Assembly: GCA_035084275.1 (NCBI GenBank)
Contig: CM068742.1
Span: 77,934,001 to 77,998,000, forward strand
Direction: 5' to 3'
Length of the DNA: 64,000 nucleotides
Source of the DNA: Hydrolagus colliei
Lineage: Eukaryota
Of the stretch, positions 27,717 to 40,853 are shown one piece after another. Both the position numbers and the translations under genes were made by a program. A model generated the notes under the pieces. The model had not been told where the DNA came from and searched no databases. It was given only the letters and a program-made list of their open reading frames with translations. Positions within the stretch are counted from its first letter, which is position 1, and the number at the start of each line of letters is the position of its first letter.

Positions 27717-28319
27717 TGACATTCTACGTCCTCTTTGTGGATACTATATATAAAACAGAAGACAAGTATCAATATGTGTGTAACTAAATGTGTATAAGAA
27801 TTTATGAAAGAGTACGGTAAACATTGTGTACTTAGGCTTACTTGATCCTGTTGTGAATGTAAACAGTCCAAGAGGGGAAGGGGGTAATTTCACCATGTTA
27901 TAAACCCTCAAAAAGTGCTACTATCAATATTATATCAAGAAAACAGTGTTTTTTACATCACAGCAAAAATACATTAGAGTTCAGCTTTCTTTTCCTTTCA
28001 TATTGCTGCTTTGCTCTAAGTCTAAGTGAATCGGAGGCCAGACCATGGCAGAAATAGAGGGAAAATAACATCAAATGGAAAAAGAGAGTGGAGTTAGAAC
28101 AACTGCATTTTGATCAATCTCCGAGTTGGGAGGAAAAAATATTTACATGATTTGGTTCTTTCAATTTTGAAATGAGCTTTCTAAGAGAAACATTCCAATA
28201 TCTAAGCACCAGTTTTTTTTATTTTTGATAATAATATGGGTTATTATTCATGTTAGATGCAGAATCACAAAACATACAAGTGCAGTCAACTAGGCCTGCT
28301 ACCAATAAATGGTGAACAG

Positions 28320-28502
28320 AGCACACATTCCAACCTCTCTCTGTCTCTAATACACACACTCCAGCCTCACACTGACAGCAACACACACTTCCAGGCTCAC
28401 ACGTCTCTAATATACACATTGAAAGTTCACACAGTCACTGATATGTACACTGCAACAACACACTGCCACTAACACACAATCCACCCTCACTATTCACTAA
28501 CA
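28320..28502. repeat. Degenerate CA-rich minisatellite (~30-nt period)
   Basis: Recurring ctaatacacacactccagcctcacact / acacacacttccaggctcacac units. Confidence 0.55.
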
Positions 28503-28544
28503 TAACTAATCCCATGGCATTTTATCATTAATACAGAGACAAAA

Positions 28545-30234
28545 AGCATTCACGGGACTTTTAATGAACAGCACTTTAATCCATGATAATAAACATTTGC
28601 ATTGTTATTTTGTACGATTTGTTGATTTAACCCAAATGATTGCAGTGTAGCATACTATTTATTTAGTGTTTTTAAATTTTGCTGACTAATTTAAGCACGT
28701 ATAAACTACTACAGTATAGATAGAATAATAATGTATTACAGTTTTTTTCTTGACAATGAACTGATTTAACAATGTGAGAAAAATACAACATTCATTTTGT
28801 ACGTAATATTTTATTTTTTTAAAAAGTCTGTTCTCTGCAATTCGTCACCTTAACTTGTCGTTTTCTATTTTGATTTTAAAAAAGTTAAATTTGGAAGCTT
28901 AAAATAAGGATTGGTTTCAAGAATTCATTGAACAGCAAAAAGAGTGACCCTGATGTAATATAAAAGCTGGCTTAAAGTGTCACTCTGAGCAGAGCAGTGA
29001 CTTGATCAAGATAGTGATGTCTTAAACCACTCATGTGGTGTATAAAATATCAATAGACGAGCTCAAGTGTGTTACGCCCTTGTAACACTCCCTCACCTCT
29101 AGTTTTACCCTGTTCTATTTATACCAGGACATTGTCAGGATGCAATATCACCAGATTTGCATTCAAGTGGATTTGGCAACTTCCCCTTTTACAGCCTCCA
29201 CCACCCACCCAAACAATAAGCATCCTTCTCCCCAGAGTGGAAGTGAAAAAGACATTACAAGAGGGGCCTATAGGCTATATCCATGAGATAAAGGAAAACA
29301 ATCTTCGGTGCTGTCTACCAAAGTAATCTCTGGTTCCTCTTGGGATCCAGATCAATTACTCAAGATGAGAAAATACCCAGCACGTAAACTAACTCGAAAT
29401 GATTTAATGCCAGGATTAAAAAACAGGCAGCGAGTGTTCAAATTTACGTGGGTCTTTTAAGTATTGACGGACATCAGCCCTCTCAATTTCTATTTCTCGG
29501 TTCTGAATTGGTCTTGAAAGTGAAAGAGAAAGAACGGAGGCTGTCGACAAACATTGGATTTCAGATATTTGCAAATCACAAGTCATCCCTTCACTGAACA
29601 CCACCACGTCAGGAAGAAAAAAAAGAGTACATTTCTTTTTATTTAGAAGTTTTGAAAGAATACAGTAAACACATTTTGCAAATAACACTGTATAAACTAC
29701 AGAATATTGTTGAACTGCAGAGCTCTGATAATGGTGGGTCCCGCGGCTGACCACCAGAAAGACCCGCTGTGCATAAGGGACACAGTCACAGGCTTCAAAC
29801 GTTGGCTTAATCTGGGGGACACTCCATCACAAAAAAAAATAGAAAAACAGTCACATCTAAAACAGTGATATTGCATTTATAATGCACATCTGATTGTTTT
29901 CTGTACAGTTGGCTTCTCTTGGTGCCCAACCTGTGGCGGTCGGTGATTAAAGAGCTCGAAGCTCAGTGAAAGTCTGAGTGCTGTAAACAGGCACACACAG
30001 GTCAGAGAAGTGACCACACCAGTCACCTCCAAAGTCTCCAAATCGCATCATTCTCAGACCCGCTGAGAGCATATGATCCCATTATTAGTAAAAATGTCTC
30101 CAATATTATAGGAATCGATTACATTACACACATATTCGACGGCCAGGATGACGGGAGTGGAAAGTTGATGCTTCTTTTTGATTTTCTTTTAGGTCGTTGG
30201 CTTGTGCAAAATCATGCTGCAACAACAGAAGGGA
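28545..30234 (-). other. PCDH10: Probable PCDH10 3' UTR
   Basis: No recognisable repeats for ~1.7 kb after the stop. The minus strand has AATAAA at 29638-29643, 28810-28815 and 28658-28663, and two ATTAAA near 28560-28580 followed by a U/GU-rich tract (gctttttgtctctgt). The 3' end is uncertain. Confidence 0.6.
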
Positions 30235-30254
30235 CTAGCAAATTCTCTTCCTTG
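30235..30254 (-). CDS. PCDH10: PCDH10 terminal exon, coding part (T-R-K-R-I-C-stop)
   Basis: Acceptor ctgtctttttctctctgcag|CA AGG AAG AGA ATT TGC TAG. The last A of the previous exon plus CA gives ACA (Thr), so the protein ends ...PPYLTRKRIC*, the PCDH10 C-terminus as I recall it. Phases match. Confidence 0.92.
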
Positions 30255-30509
30255 CTGCAGAGAGAAAAAGACAGAAGCAGTCAGTCACATGTAAAGTAAT
30301 AGTAACAACAGTAATTCTTGCATTTGATATAACTTGTGATATTAACAGCATCTCAAAGCTTTTCATCCAGTTTCTGTGAAGTGTAGTGACTGTGTATTTC
30401 ATAGATGAACACAGCACCTAATTAGCAAATAGTTATGTCTTGCTGTCAGTCGTGAAATTAATGATTGACTTAATCTGAAGTATTGTTGTCTAGCACAGAC
30501 CAAAATAAG

Positions 30510-30720
30510 AATAATAATCCTTGCATTTGATAGTGTTTTTCACGTCTTCTAGACGTCTCAAAGTGCTTCACAGAATATACTGTAAAGTGAATTGACTATA
30601 TTTGTGGGCAAAACGCGGAAGCCAATTGCGCACAAACAGTTGTGGATTCAAATGACCAATTTATTATAGTTTTTTTTGTGGGATTATTATTAGATATATG
30701 GCCCAAGGTTTTGCTTTGAC
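30510..30720 (-). mobile_element. SINE (short subfamily), head missing
   Basis: Tail and core match the other copies. Confidence 0.85.
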
Positions 30721-32337
30721 CAAGTTTCTAAAACTACCAATGTGACATTTCTTCAGCCTGTATTTTTACTGCTGATGTTATTTTTCACATAGCCTTACGT
30801 ATTTTTTTGAAAAGAAAATACCACTAACATTCTGACAGGAGTTTTCCATTAGCTCACCCCTACATTTTTCCCTTGCAAAGGAAGGCTTAGGGCCTTATCA
30901 CAGTCTTCTTCCTACCTACTTCAAGACTTTCTTTATCTTCCCAGCGGTAGATCAACTCTGCCAATGGGTGTGCCTTAGGCATGCATTTAAAAATGTCAGA
31001 GTAATTGTACATTGTTTTGTGCTGGGGTTTGTTTTCTCTTTTCTCTAATCCTCCACTCTTGTAAGCATTGACCGTTAGTGAGGGTATAATTTAACTGTTG
31101 CCGACAACCTTTGCCATTTCCCCCCTCCCCACACAGCTACATACAGCAGTCTTGTTGTCACACAGTAGTTGCGGGTGTTGGTGGGGGTGGGGTGGAGGGC
31201 ATGTCATGAAACTGTTCTACAAGTGGGATACGTTATACTGGGGCTGATTGCGTTCACTTCCTGATGTAACTGAGACCCACTGAGCTTCTGTGTTCTGAAC
31301 AGAATGCTTGCCAGGTGAAAAGAGAAAACAGTACACAATGCTACCAGTTCACCAAGTTACTGCAATACGTATATCTGAAGTCGTGGAAAACTGAAACTCA
31401 TTGAAAACAGATTGCATTGTATTGAACACTCTCAGGATATTTGATCATGGAGAGCAACACACACAGGTATAATCTATGGTTTACCTGATACCTGCACATG
31501 AAATCTTTCCAGCAGAGGATTACTGGATAGTGATCAGTGGCATGCAATTCTGTCTTCATTTGGATGGTAGGTTCATTTCAAAATACAGCTTACAAATGGA
31601 GGCTAAATTGAGCAATTAACCACAATTTCACACCATCTTCAATTTAAAGACAATGTGTTCTGCATGCTACAAATTTAACCTTGACTGATTCCTCCCTCAA
31701 TAGCCTTAGGGCAATGGAACCACTATAGAACACGTAATGCTCTTTCAGCTGACATCAGTTAAATCAACACAAACCAGAAGGCAAACCTGACTTTCCTGAC
31801 TGGGGTTAGTGTTAGATTGGCAGTGTGTTTTACCCACTACCTTCATGGGGAATTCCAAACGATATTTTGAAAAGTAATTTTCTCTTCTTGGCATCAACCT
31901 GACAGGCACCTTTCCCTAACTGGAATTATACAATGAATAACTTTATACCTTTCGTGTCCACTTTAGGCAAAATTGATCTGAATAGCATTTGTTGTTTTCT
32001 TCCAATGCCATCAAAACAAGCCATTTTACAAATATCACAAACCAGTGAAGCATCCATTTTGCTTAATGTTGAGAAATAAAAATATTTCTTACCATTTTAC
32101 AAAGTAAAATGTTTCTAAAACTATTCTAAATTGCGCTTATCTGTGCGTTATGGCAGTGGCGAAGAAACAGTCACTCGGTCTAAAAATCCAATATTTGAAA
32201 CCAGATATGTTGTGTAAATTGCAAGTTTCGGTTTGCGAATATTGGATTGTAAAATATTTGGCAAGATTTGCAAACTGCGAATTTTGAACATCAAACTGAC
32301 AGAATCCATAAAAAGAGGTTTGCAGGGAATAATATTC

Positions 32338-33153
32338 CCCGCCTTACAAGCAAGAGGACCCAGGTTTGATTCTCAAAGACAGCAAAACCTTAGGCAGGGT
32401 TCCTTAATGCATACGCCAGTGTTTACCTAGCAGTATGTAAGAACACAGTTGTTAGTTGAATAGCAGATCGCTTCACCTTTTAATCCCTGGGGGGAAAAAA
32501 ACTTTGTCACTCAATCCATGACTATTTGTGGGACCATTCTATGCACAATTGGCTGCCACATTTTATATACAAAATACACAATGATTCCACTTTACAATTC
32601 TGTGAAGTGCTTTGAGCTGTCTTATTGACTTTTAAAATAGAGGTAGATATTTATTTGGGGAGGACGGATTTGCGCGGTTATGGGGAGAGAGCTGGGGAGT
32701 GGGATTAAACTGCTCTTTTTTAAAGAGTCGGCACAGACTCAATGGGCCGAATGGCCTCCTTTTGTGTCATAAGATTCTGTGATTCTATGACTTGATAAAT
32801 AATAATCCTTGCATTTGATATAGCACTTTTTATGTCTCCTAGACATCTCAAAGCGCTTCACAGAATATACTGTAAAGCGAATTGACTTTATATTTGTGGT
32901 CAAAACACAACAGTCAATTGCAACACAGCAGTGTCCCACAAACAGTTGTGGATTGAAGTGACCAATTTTACTATTTTTTTCTTTAGGAATTATTATCAGG
33001 TGTATGGAGTAAGGAAACTTGCCCAAGGTTTTGCCCTGCCTGGAATCAAAGCCAAGTCTCTCTGTTGCAATGCAAGTCCTCTAACCACTGAGCTATAGGA
33101 CTCCAAAAAAATGCTCTATCAAATATAAGGATTATTACTATTATTATTATTAT
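32338..33153 (+). mobile_element. SINE (long subfamily) with its tail split by a CR1 3' end (32628-32790, +) and a full SINE (32798-33104, -)
   Basis: Host tail breaks after tgtgaagtgctttgagctgtc and resumes aaaatgctctatcaaatataaggattatt at 33105. Confidence 0.8.
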
Positions 33154-33974
33154 AATACAGTACATAGATTTAATGTTAATGAGGTAGGTGCCATATCCAA
33201 GAATAGCATTTTATCTTCTCACCAAATTACATTTCTTGCATTTCACTCCCACAATTTAAAATTCAGATTAAAGAAATCTCTCCCTGTTGCAGAATATGAG
33301 TATATTAAACACATTCACTCCTAATCCAATGCAAAAAATATTCTCGTTGGGTCAAATTCTATTGAATTTCCAGAACACCAAACTATTTCCCATTTATTGT
33401 ATAGGTTTACAATGTAACACACACCTTTCCATTCAATCCTATTATACATAATTCTGTTACACCAAATAACTTTATATTCACTCCCATTGTATAGATTTTT
33501 GTACCAAATCTTTATACATTTGCTAAATCCAATGTTGGGTCTGAAATTACATATCTTTATATTTGTAAAGTTGATGATGGAATCAGAAAGTAAAATAACA
33601 TAACTCGTCTTAAAATACTAGCTAAATTCCATTGGCCTTTTTGTTTCTTAAAAAATCTATGTTAGCATTGTAAAAAACCTAATTGACCTTCATATATGGG
33701 TATTTTATATAGTGAGGTTCAGATCACCATTAGTTTACTTGTAAATTCCTTTTGTTTTCTAAGTACAAAAAAAATCTATTTACATATGTGGTATAGCACA
33801 TTTCACCTTGAGACGACATCACATCAAAGGAGTGCCTGTGTATTTGAAGGCAAACACAGCAGCCCAAATGCACACATCAGTATCCCACAATAAAAATGAA
33901 TGACAAATTTTATTTATGGCCAGGAAGCTGAAGAGAAACTCCCTTCTCGCTACTGTAGAAAGTACCATTAATGA

Positions 33975-34312
33975 TATAATAATATTCCATGCATTTGATA
34001 TAACACATTATCATGTCTTTGAAATGTCCCAAAGCACTTTATAGAATATATTGTAAAGTAATTTGATTGTTTATTTTGTGGATGAAATGCAGCAGTGTTC
34101 CACAAACAGCCATGGATTGAGTAACCACATTTTTTTCTTTTTCATTTGAAAGGATTATTACCCCCAGAAAACTGATCCTCTAGTCGACTCACCACTGGGT
34201 TCCTACTTACCGCTAGGAAAACAAAAGTGCGTAGAGCAAAGAAACTTGGCTAAAGTTTTGCCCTGATTGGAAATCAATCCCAGGTCCTCTCACCTGTGAC
34301 ACCTCTCGCATG
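33975..34312 (-). mobile_element. SINE (long subfamily), decayed
   Basis: Tail, core, cctacttaccgctaggaaaac block, partial head. Confidence 0.7.
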
Positions 34313-34618
34313 TGGAATAATCAATATTCCACATGCCCACTGTGGTAGACTTCAGAGAGGGTAAGAAGGGAATATGTTCCTTTAAGAAGTTCATTTTTAT
34401 TCTATTTATATTCTGCAATTTCTGCCTTAAGATGGAACTAGTGCGCTTTGGTTTTAGACAAATGTTAGTTATGTATACAATTAATACAGGAACTCTTATC
34501 ACATTTTTTTCTGCCTAAACATCTTTTTGCACAGTTATGTCCTACACTTAATTTATCGTCCTTGAGGAAGAACAGGACTGGAGGAGTAACCCATAATATG
34601 CATTAATTCTATTGACAT

Positions 34619-35387
34619 GGAGTTCTGTAGCTCAGTGGTTAGAACATTTAATAGGATAGTGCCAGGATTGAGGGACTTCAGCTATGAGGAGAGGCTAGAT
34701 AGGCTAGGGTTATTCTCTCTGGAGCAGAGAAGATTGAGGGGAGACCTAATAGAGGTTTATAAGATCATGAGGGGTTTCGACAGGGCAAATAGAGAAAAAC
34801 TATTTCCACTCGTGGGCGAATCTGTGACTCGTGGTCACAGATTTAAAATAGTTTCAAGGCGAAGTAGAGGGGAGCTGAGGAGAATTTTTTTCACTCAGCG
34901 AGTTGTTCGAATCTGGAATGCATTGCCTGAAAAGGTGGTGGAGGCTGATTCGATAACAACTTTTAAAAGGGAATTAGATCTTTATTTAGGGAGAACAGGT
35001 CTATTAGGCTATGGGGAGCGGGCAGGGCAGTGGGATTGAATCACTCTTTTCAAAGAGCCGGCACAGACTAGATGGGCCGAATGGCCTGCTTTTGTGCCGT
35101 AAAATTCTATGAATCTATGAATAAACACTCTCCTCGCAAGACTAAGACCTGGACTCAATTTCAGCAGGGCGACACCTTGGGTAAATTTCCTTACTCCACA
35201 TATGTGATAATAATCCCTCAATAAACAATAATAAATCGGTCATTTCAATCCATGACTGTTTGTGGGACACTGCTGTGCACAATTGACTGCCGCGTTTCAA
35301 GTTATCTTACTGTATATTAAGTAAAACGCTTTAGGACATAAGGAAGACATGAAAAGTGCTATATCAAATGCAATGATTACTATTATT
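34619..35387 (+). mobile_element. SINE interrupted in its tRNA head by a young CR1 3' fragment (34647-35120)
   Basis: A box TAGCTCAGTGG, then CR1 sequence near-identical to the reverse complement of 45225-45705, then the rest of the SINE. Confidence 0.9.
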
Positions 35388-35744
35388 AAAGTAACTGCAC
35401 TCAAGGTATTACCAATTATTTAATATTGGAGTGGTCCAGATTTCTTAGATCTTGAAAATACAGTATAGGAGATGTTCGCCATTTTGAGAGTCTGAGAATA
35501 CTTGCTTTGAGACAAGACCAGCTTGTTTGTTTCCACGGAAAAGCACCTCGCTAAATGCCTGAATAAACCTCATAAATAACATTTTTTTAAACTAAAACTG
35601 AGGATGTTTGGATCTCATGACCATGTGGAAATAAAAAAACAGTTGCAGTCATTTTGTGACAAATGGTAATTTCATGATGCTCGTGGTCACTCTCTATCCT
35701 GCCTAATGATGAACTTGAAAAACCACTTTGAATGTATAAATAAC

Positions 35745-36056
35745 AATAATAATAATCCTTGCATTTGATATAGCACTTTTCACACCTTCTAGACGTCTCA
35801 AAGCATTTCACAGATTATACTGTAAAGTGAATTGATCATATATTTGTGGGCGAAACACGGCAGCCAATTGCGCACAGCGGTGTCCCATAAATAGTCGTGG
35901 ATTAAATTGGCCAATTTTTTTTTTTTTTTTTTGCGGGGGTATTATTATTAGGCGTGTGGAGTAAGGAAACTTACGTTTCATCCTGACCTGCCTGAATTCG
36001 AACACAGATCTCACTCTTGTAAGGCGAGTACTACCACCACTGAGCTAAAGGACTCC
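35745..36056 (-). mobile_element. Full-length tRNA-derived SINE
   Basis: Reverse-complement A box (ccactgagcta) and B box (attcgaac), core, tail. Confidence 0.9.
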
Positions 36057-36974
36057 GTATGCATGCTGACATCTCTTGGTTGATCAACAATCAGATTCTG
36101 CAAATGTCAACTATCCTCAAAACCCCACTTCACTCTTGGTGCTATGTCCTGTAACCCCTTGAGAGACCTACAGTGATGGGATACTGTTCTCCTAAACTAC
36201 TCCTCAACTACCAAGGGCAGATGGCTACTTTCAACAACAACATAAAAATGGGCAGCCTTCCTTCAAAGCAGTAGGGAACGGGAAACTCCAGGTAGAAGTG
36301 CTCTAGGCAACGTTGAACAAAGTACAAGAGTAGGATTTGACCAAAGCAAAGAAAAATTAACCTTCTCAGCCATATAAACCTCATATATGACCCTCTGCTC
36401 CATCCTGCTGATGCTACTATCTTGTGTCTTTGAGTTACAACCACTTTCAAAATTCAAAAGCTTCAAACTTCAGAAAGACTTCGACATTATTTAATACTCT
36501 TGTGGAAAATTTCAAGCCCCTAAAATATCTTCCATCACATTTGCTTATAGAAGAGGAGAGTAGACCTACAACAAACTGCAGCAGTTTAACAATATTCTTT
36601 AAGCTGAAGGTGACACAAGCCTAGTATTATTTAAAAGCTATAAATCATTGTGTTTATTTTGGGGGCATATTTATTTGTATTTATTTATATATGTGTGTAT
36701 TTGCCCTATGTATTCACTTATCATTTACTTGGTTGGGAATGTTTTGTAGAGGCAGATATGTGGACAACAGTAGTTTTAATGGAATTTTTATACTAACAAT
36801 AATTCTTGCATTTCATATAGAATCTTCTGATACTGAAAGTCTTGAAGCACTTCACAGGATTTTTACTGTAAAGTGTAAAGACTATGCATTTGTAAGAAAA
36901 CATGGGAACCAATTTGTGTACACCCACACAAACTGACATGAACTCCTGAAATTTCAAGCCTGCAGAACTACCAA

Positions 36975-37340
36975 TAATAACAGAAAATTACATTTGTAGA
37001 GCGCCTTTCTTGCAAGGACATCCCAAGGTGCCATTCAGACCAAGATTTGTACCTGAGCTGAGATTGGGAAAAGGAGTGTTCAGGTTAGGAGGGTGACCGA
37101 ACGAGCTGTCAAAGATGATGGTGTTGAGACGGACCGTGAAGGAGGCAATGAATCCAGTGAGGTAAAAAGATTGTGAGCTGAAGGTTCAAAGGCTGGGGTC
37201 TTAAAGGCTGAAGGTCTGACCGCGGATGGTGAGGAAGGCAGGGTGAGGGACATGGAGCAGGCCAGAGTCCACCGAGTGGAGGGAACAGACAAGCCAGTAT
37301 GGGGTTAGCAGCTCACAGAGGTAGGGAGGAGCAAGGAGCA
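36975..37340 (-). mobile_element. L2 3' fragment
   Basis: Tail and 3' ORF2 region similar to 14480-14870. Confidence 0.75.
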
Positions 37341-38249
37341 AACATTAATTCCAGTTATAAATAAAGTTATTTTATCAAATTATTTCCCATAGGTCTCTTT
37401 TGTATAAATATTTTACATTAAATCATTTCCTGCCATTGTGCAGAATTTAAGTCCACCAATTCTCCTCCTAATCTATCTAACAGTATACAATAGAATTACT
37501 GTGTAGCAAACAAATTCCCATTTATTGCTATTACGTCGCATTTTTAATCACAGGACAACATTTGAAGAGAAAGTATAAGCCATGTGTCAAATATATACTT
37601 AATTATCCATGCCTAATGCTAGGTGTGCTAATTCCATCCAATTCACCATAAATTACCATTAAAGGTCTGCGGTAGATTTTACAATTCAAATTGGTTTCAT
37701 TTAAAATGCATGTTTTTTTTGTTCTGTGTTTACTGTTTTCATTGAAGTGAATGGCTGAAAATAATGATTAAGTGGGCTTCGAGTACAGAGTTGCCGATTG
37801 GCCATTTTTATCTGCAATTTATAGAAATCATGATGCAAGTAAAAATACATCTCTTGGCAAAGTATTAATGTTTATCAAGATTGAACTGTAAATACAAACT
37901 TATGGAAGGATTTGGTGTGTTACTATTTGACTGATGATGCAGAAAGGTAAAAATTCACCTTCTCTGAAGATCAATCCAAGGTCAATACTTATCAGACACT
38001 ACCTGTTTGCAAGTTTTATTCTTACTACCTCATTTATACTGTGGCAAATATGAATGGCATAATGGATATAATGGAAACACCTCGATAATACCATTTTAAA
38101 ATTGGTAAAAGTTAACAAACACCGCCCTTGCTCACAAACCTGAAAATAAATAGGATAATGAATTTCATACCCATTTGTGGGATATTGCTCTGCGCAAAGT
38201 TGTAGCCACATTCACCTACGCATGGTAAGTCACGACATTTTAAAGAAAG

Positions 38250-38490
38250 CTCAGTGAAGAGGGTTAACGGGGAGGGAAGAGGGCTATCCGATGGCATAGT
38301 CAAAGAGGAGGATCTTGAGGCAGGACTTGAAGTTGGCTAGGGAGGAGGTGAGTTGGAGGGATTGTGGGATGGAATTCCTAAGGTTGGGGGCAGTGTGGCT
38401 GAATGCTCGCCCATCGATGATGAGGCGGGTAGATCGTGGGACGTGGATCAAGCCTGTGCCCGCTGAGTGGAGGGAACGGACATGTTGGTC
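38250..38490 (-). mobile_element. L2 fragment
   Basis: DGRAFSHTAPNLRNSIP...FKSCLK in ORF 38284..38565. Confidence 0.75.
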
Positions 38491-39589
38491 TACATAAAAT
38501 TCAAGGATTACTAAGTAGATAAAAGCAGAGAGAGCTTTCATACAATCTGCAGGTAATGGAAACAAGCAAATATTCAGATAAAATCAAATGACTCAATTGA
38601 AAAAGGGATCATAATCTAGAAATTAATTTTAAAAAAACTATGTCACGTAGAATATTGTAACTCAGGCAAATTCAGCAGTCAGTCTGCACCAGCAAAGACA
38701 AGCTTGATGTTTGGTTCTGGCCGATTACATTTTTCTGTTACTGTTTTTATTGTTGGCATTAGATTCATGTCATAAATATATTTATAAATAAATATATACT
38801 CAACACAAATAAAAAATCTCTTGCCTTATATTCCTCCTCATAAAAAAAACACCCCCAAAAATACGATTGAATTGGCTACACATCTCATTATTTTTGTAAA
38901 TTGCATAAATTTGCCTTACATTGACAGCATTCATTTAATTTCTAACCAATCTCATTCTGTAAAGAGCTTTGAGATGTTTCTTTTACGTGAAATGCATTAC
39001 ATTAACACAAGTCATTGTACCAAGAAGGGTGGATGGGCAGAAAGAGAATAGAGAGAGCTCACAAGAACAGGAAATAGAATGTGTGGTACCCACAAACAGA
39101 GAGACCAGGGGAAGAGAAATAGGGAACATGAAAAAAAAATATGCTTGAGAGAAAGTAAAAAAACAATCTGGGTGTGAATAGTAGAACACAACACAAGTGA
39201 CTTTGTGATGCAGTATATTTTACAGAGTAACTATTTAATGGGATGATTTTTCTTCCATATGAACAGAAGGCAATTTCTGATCTGACAATTAGCTGTGCTA
39301 TTGCTGCTTCAAATATTGACATAAAATCACATGTTGAAGGAATGTTGAAGCTTTAGATGTTTAACTTTTAACACCTTGCATGCATTGTAGTAGCACATTT
39401 ACTCTCAGGATACTGCACTACAGCGAACACACCACTGAGAAAATCATCATCTCTTCAACAACTTCCAAACATCACTTGTGTTTCAAAAGGAATATGCTAA
39501 CAAAGAATCACAATTAGAGGTTGCTCTTTGAAAGCATGGAGATAATAATAATAATATTAATAATCCTTGCAACAGTTTTTTTTGGAGGT

Positions 39590-39843
39590 GGGGTCAGCCA
39601 CTATTTGACACATGCAGAAACCCATCACCATGCTTAGCAGTATCCAAACCAAAGGAGAATTCCATGCATCTCATCTACACATGGAAATGACAGATAGATT
39701 GTTGGAATGGAATGCACACTCTCTCCCTGAAGGGGTGCATTCTCTCCCTAATTCTGGAAAACTATTAGGCTCAGGTTGGCAAGATCAAAGGCTTGCAGAT
39801 CCCAGGGAGTACATTGGGGGTGCTGCTGGAATCTAACCAGTTA
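39590..39843 (+). repeat. Unclassified dispersed repeat, copy 3
   Basis: Collinear with 2978-3207. Confidence 0.6.
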
Positions 39844-40022
39844 ATAGTACATAGGTTGCTTTTGATATAGCACCTGATCAGGTCATTGAGACATTTTAAA
39901 ACTCTTCACAGGATATCCTATAAAGTGGATTGACTGGATATATTGTGAGCGAAATGTCCACAGAGATGCCTACAGAGAAAAAACTTTCAGGGATTTGGAA
40001 AAGAAGAGTCTTAGATGCTATT

Positions 40023-40342
40023 AATAATAATAATAATAATCCTGCATTTGATGTAGCACTTTTCACATCTTTTAGACGTCTCGAAATGCTTCACAAAATG
40101 TACTGTAAAGTGAACTGACTGACTGTATGTATGTGGGCTAAATGCGGCAGCCAATTGCACACAGCTGTGTCCTACAAATAGTCGTGGATAGAAATGATCA
40201 ATTTATTATTGACTTTTTCTTCAGGAATTATTATTAGGCATGTGGAGTAAGGAAACTAGCCTAAGGTTTCACGCTGCCTAGAATTGAACACAGATTTCTC
40301 ACTTGTAAGGCGAGTGCTCTAACCACTGAACTACAGAACTCC
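40023..40342 (-). mobile_element. Full-length tRNA-derived SINE
   Basis: Head, core and tail all present. Confidence 0.9.
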
Positions 40343-40516
40343 CTCCATGCCTTGATGTCATCTGTCGGCGATTACTATGATTTGTTGTAGTTTAGTTCAC
40401 AAAGCTCTATCGTGCTTTTGACAGACATTGTAAAAGATTTACAACCACTTTTTATGCAGAACACTTTTCCTTGAAATGTCCAGGCAAGGTGAACAACACA
40501 ATCCCTTTGACAATGT

Positions 40517-40853
40517 GAGCTCCTGTGGCTCAGTGGTTAGAGCACTTGTCTTGCAAGCTGGGGAGACTCAAGCTGGGGAGATATGTGTTCGAATCCAGGC
40601 AGGTCAGGGCGAAACCTTGGGCAAGTTTCCTTACTCCACACGCCTAATAATAATCCCTCCAAAAAGAAACACAATAATAAAATTGGTCATTTCAATCCAC
40701 AACTGTTTGTGGGACACTGCTGTGCGCAATTGGCTGCCGCAATTCGCCCACAAATATATACAGTCAATTCACTTTACAGTATATTCTGTGAAGCGCTTTG
40801 AGATGTCGATAAGATGTGAAAAGCGCTATATCAAATGCAAGGATTATTATTAT
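40517..40853 (+). mobile_element. Full-length young tRNA-derived SINE
   Basis: A box TGGCTCAGTGG, B box GTTCGAATCC, several CpGs retained, small duplication caagctggggaga in the head. Confidence 0.92.
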
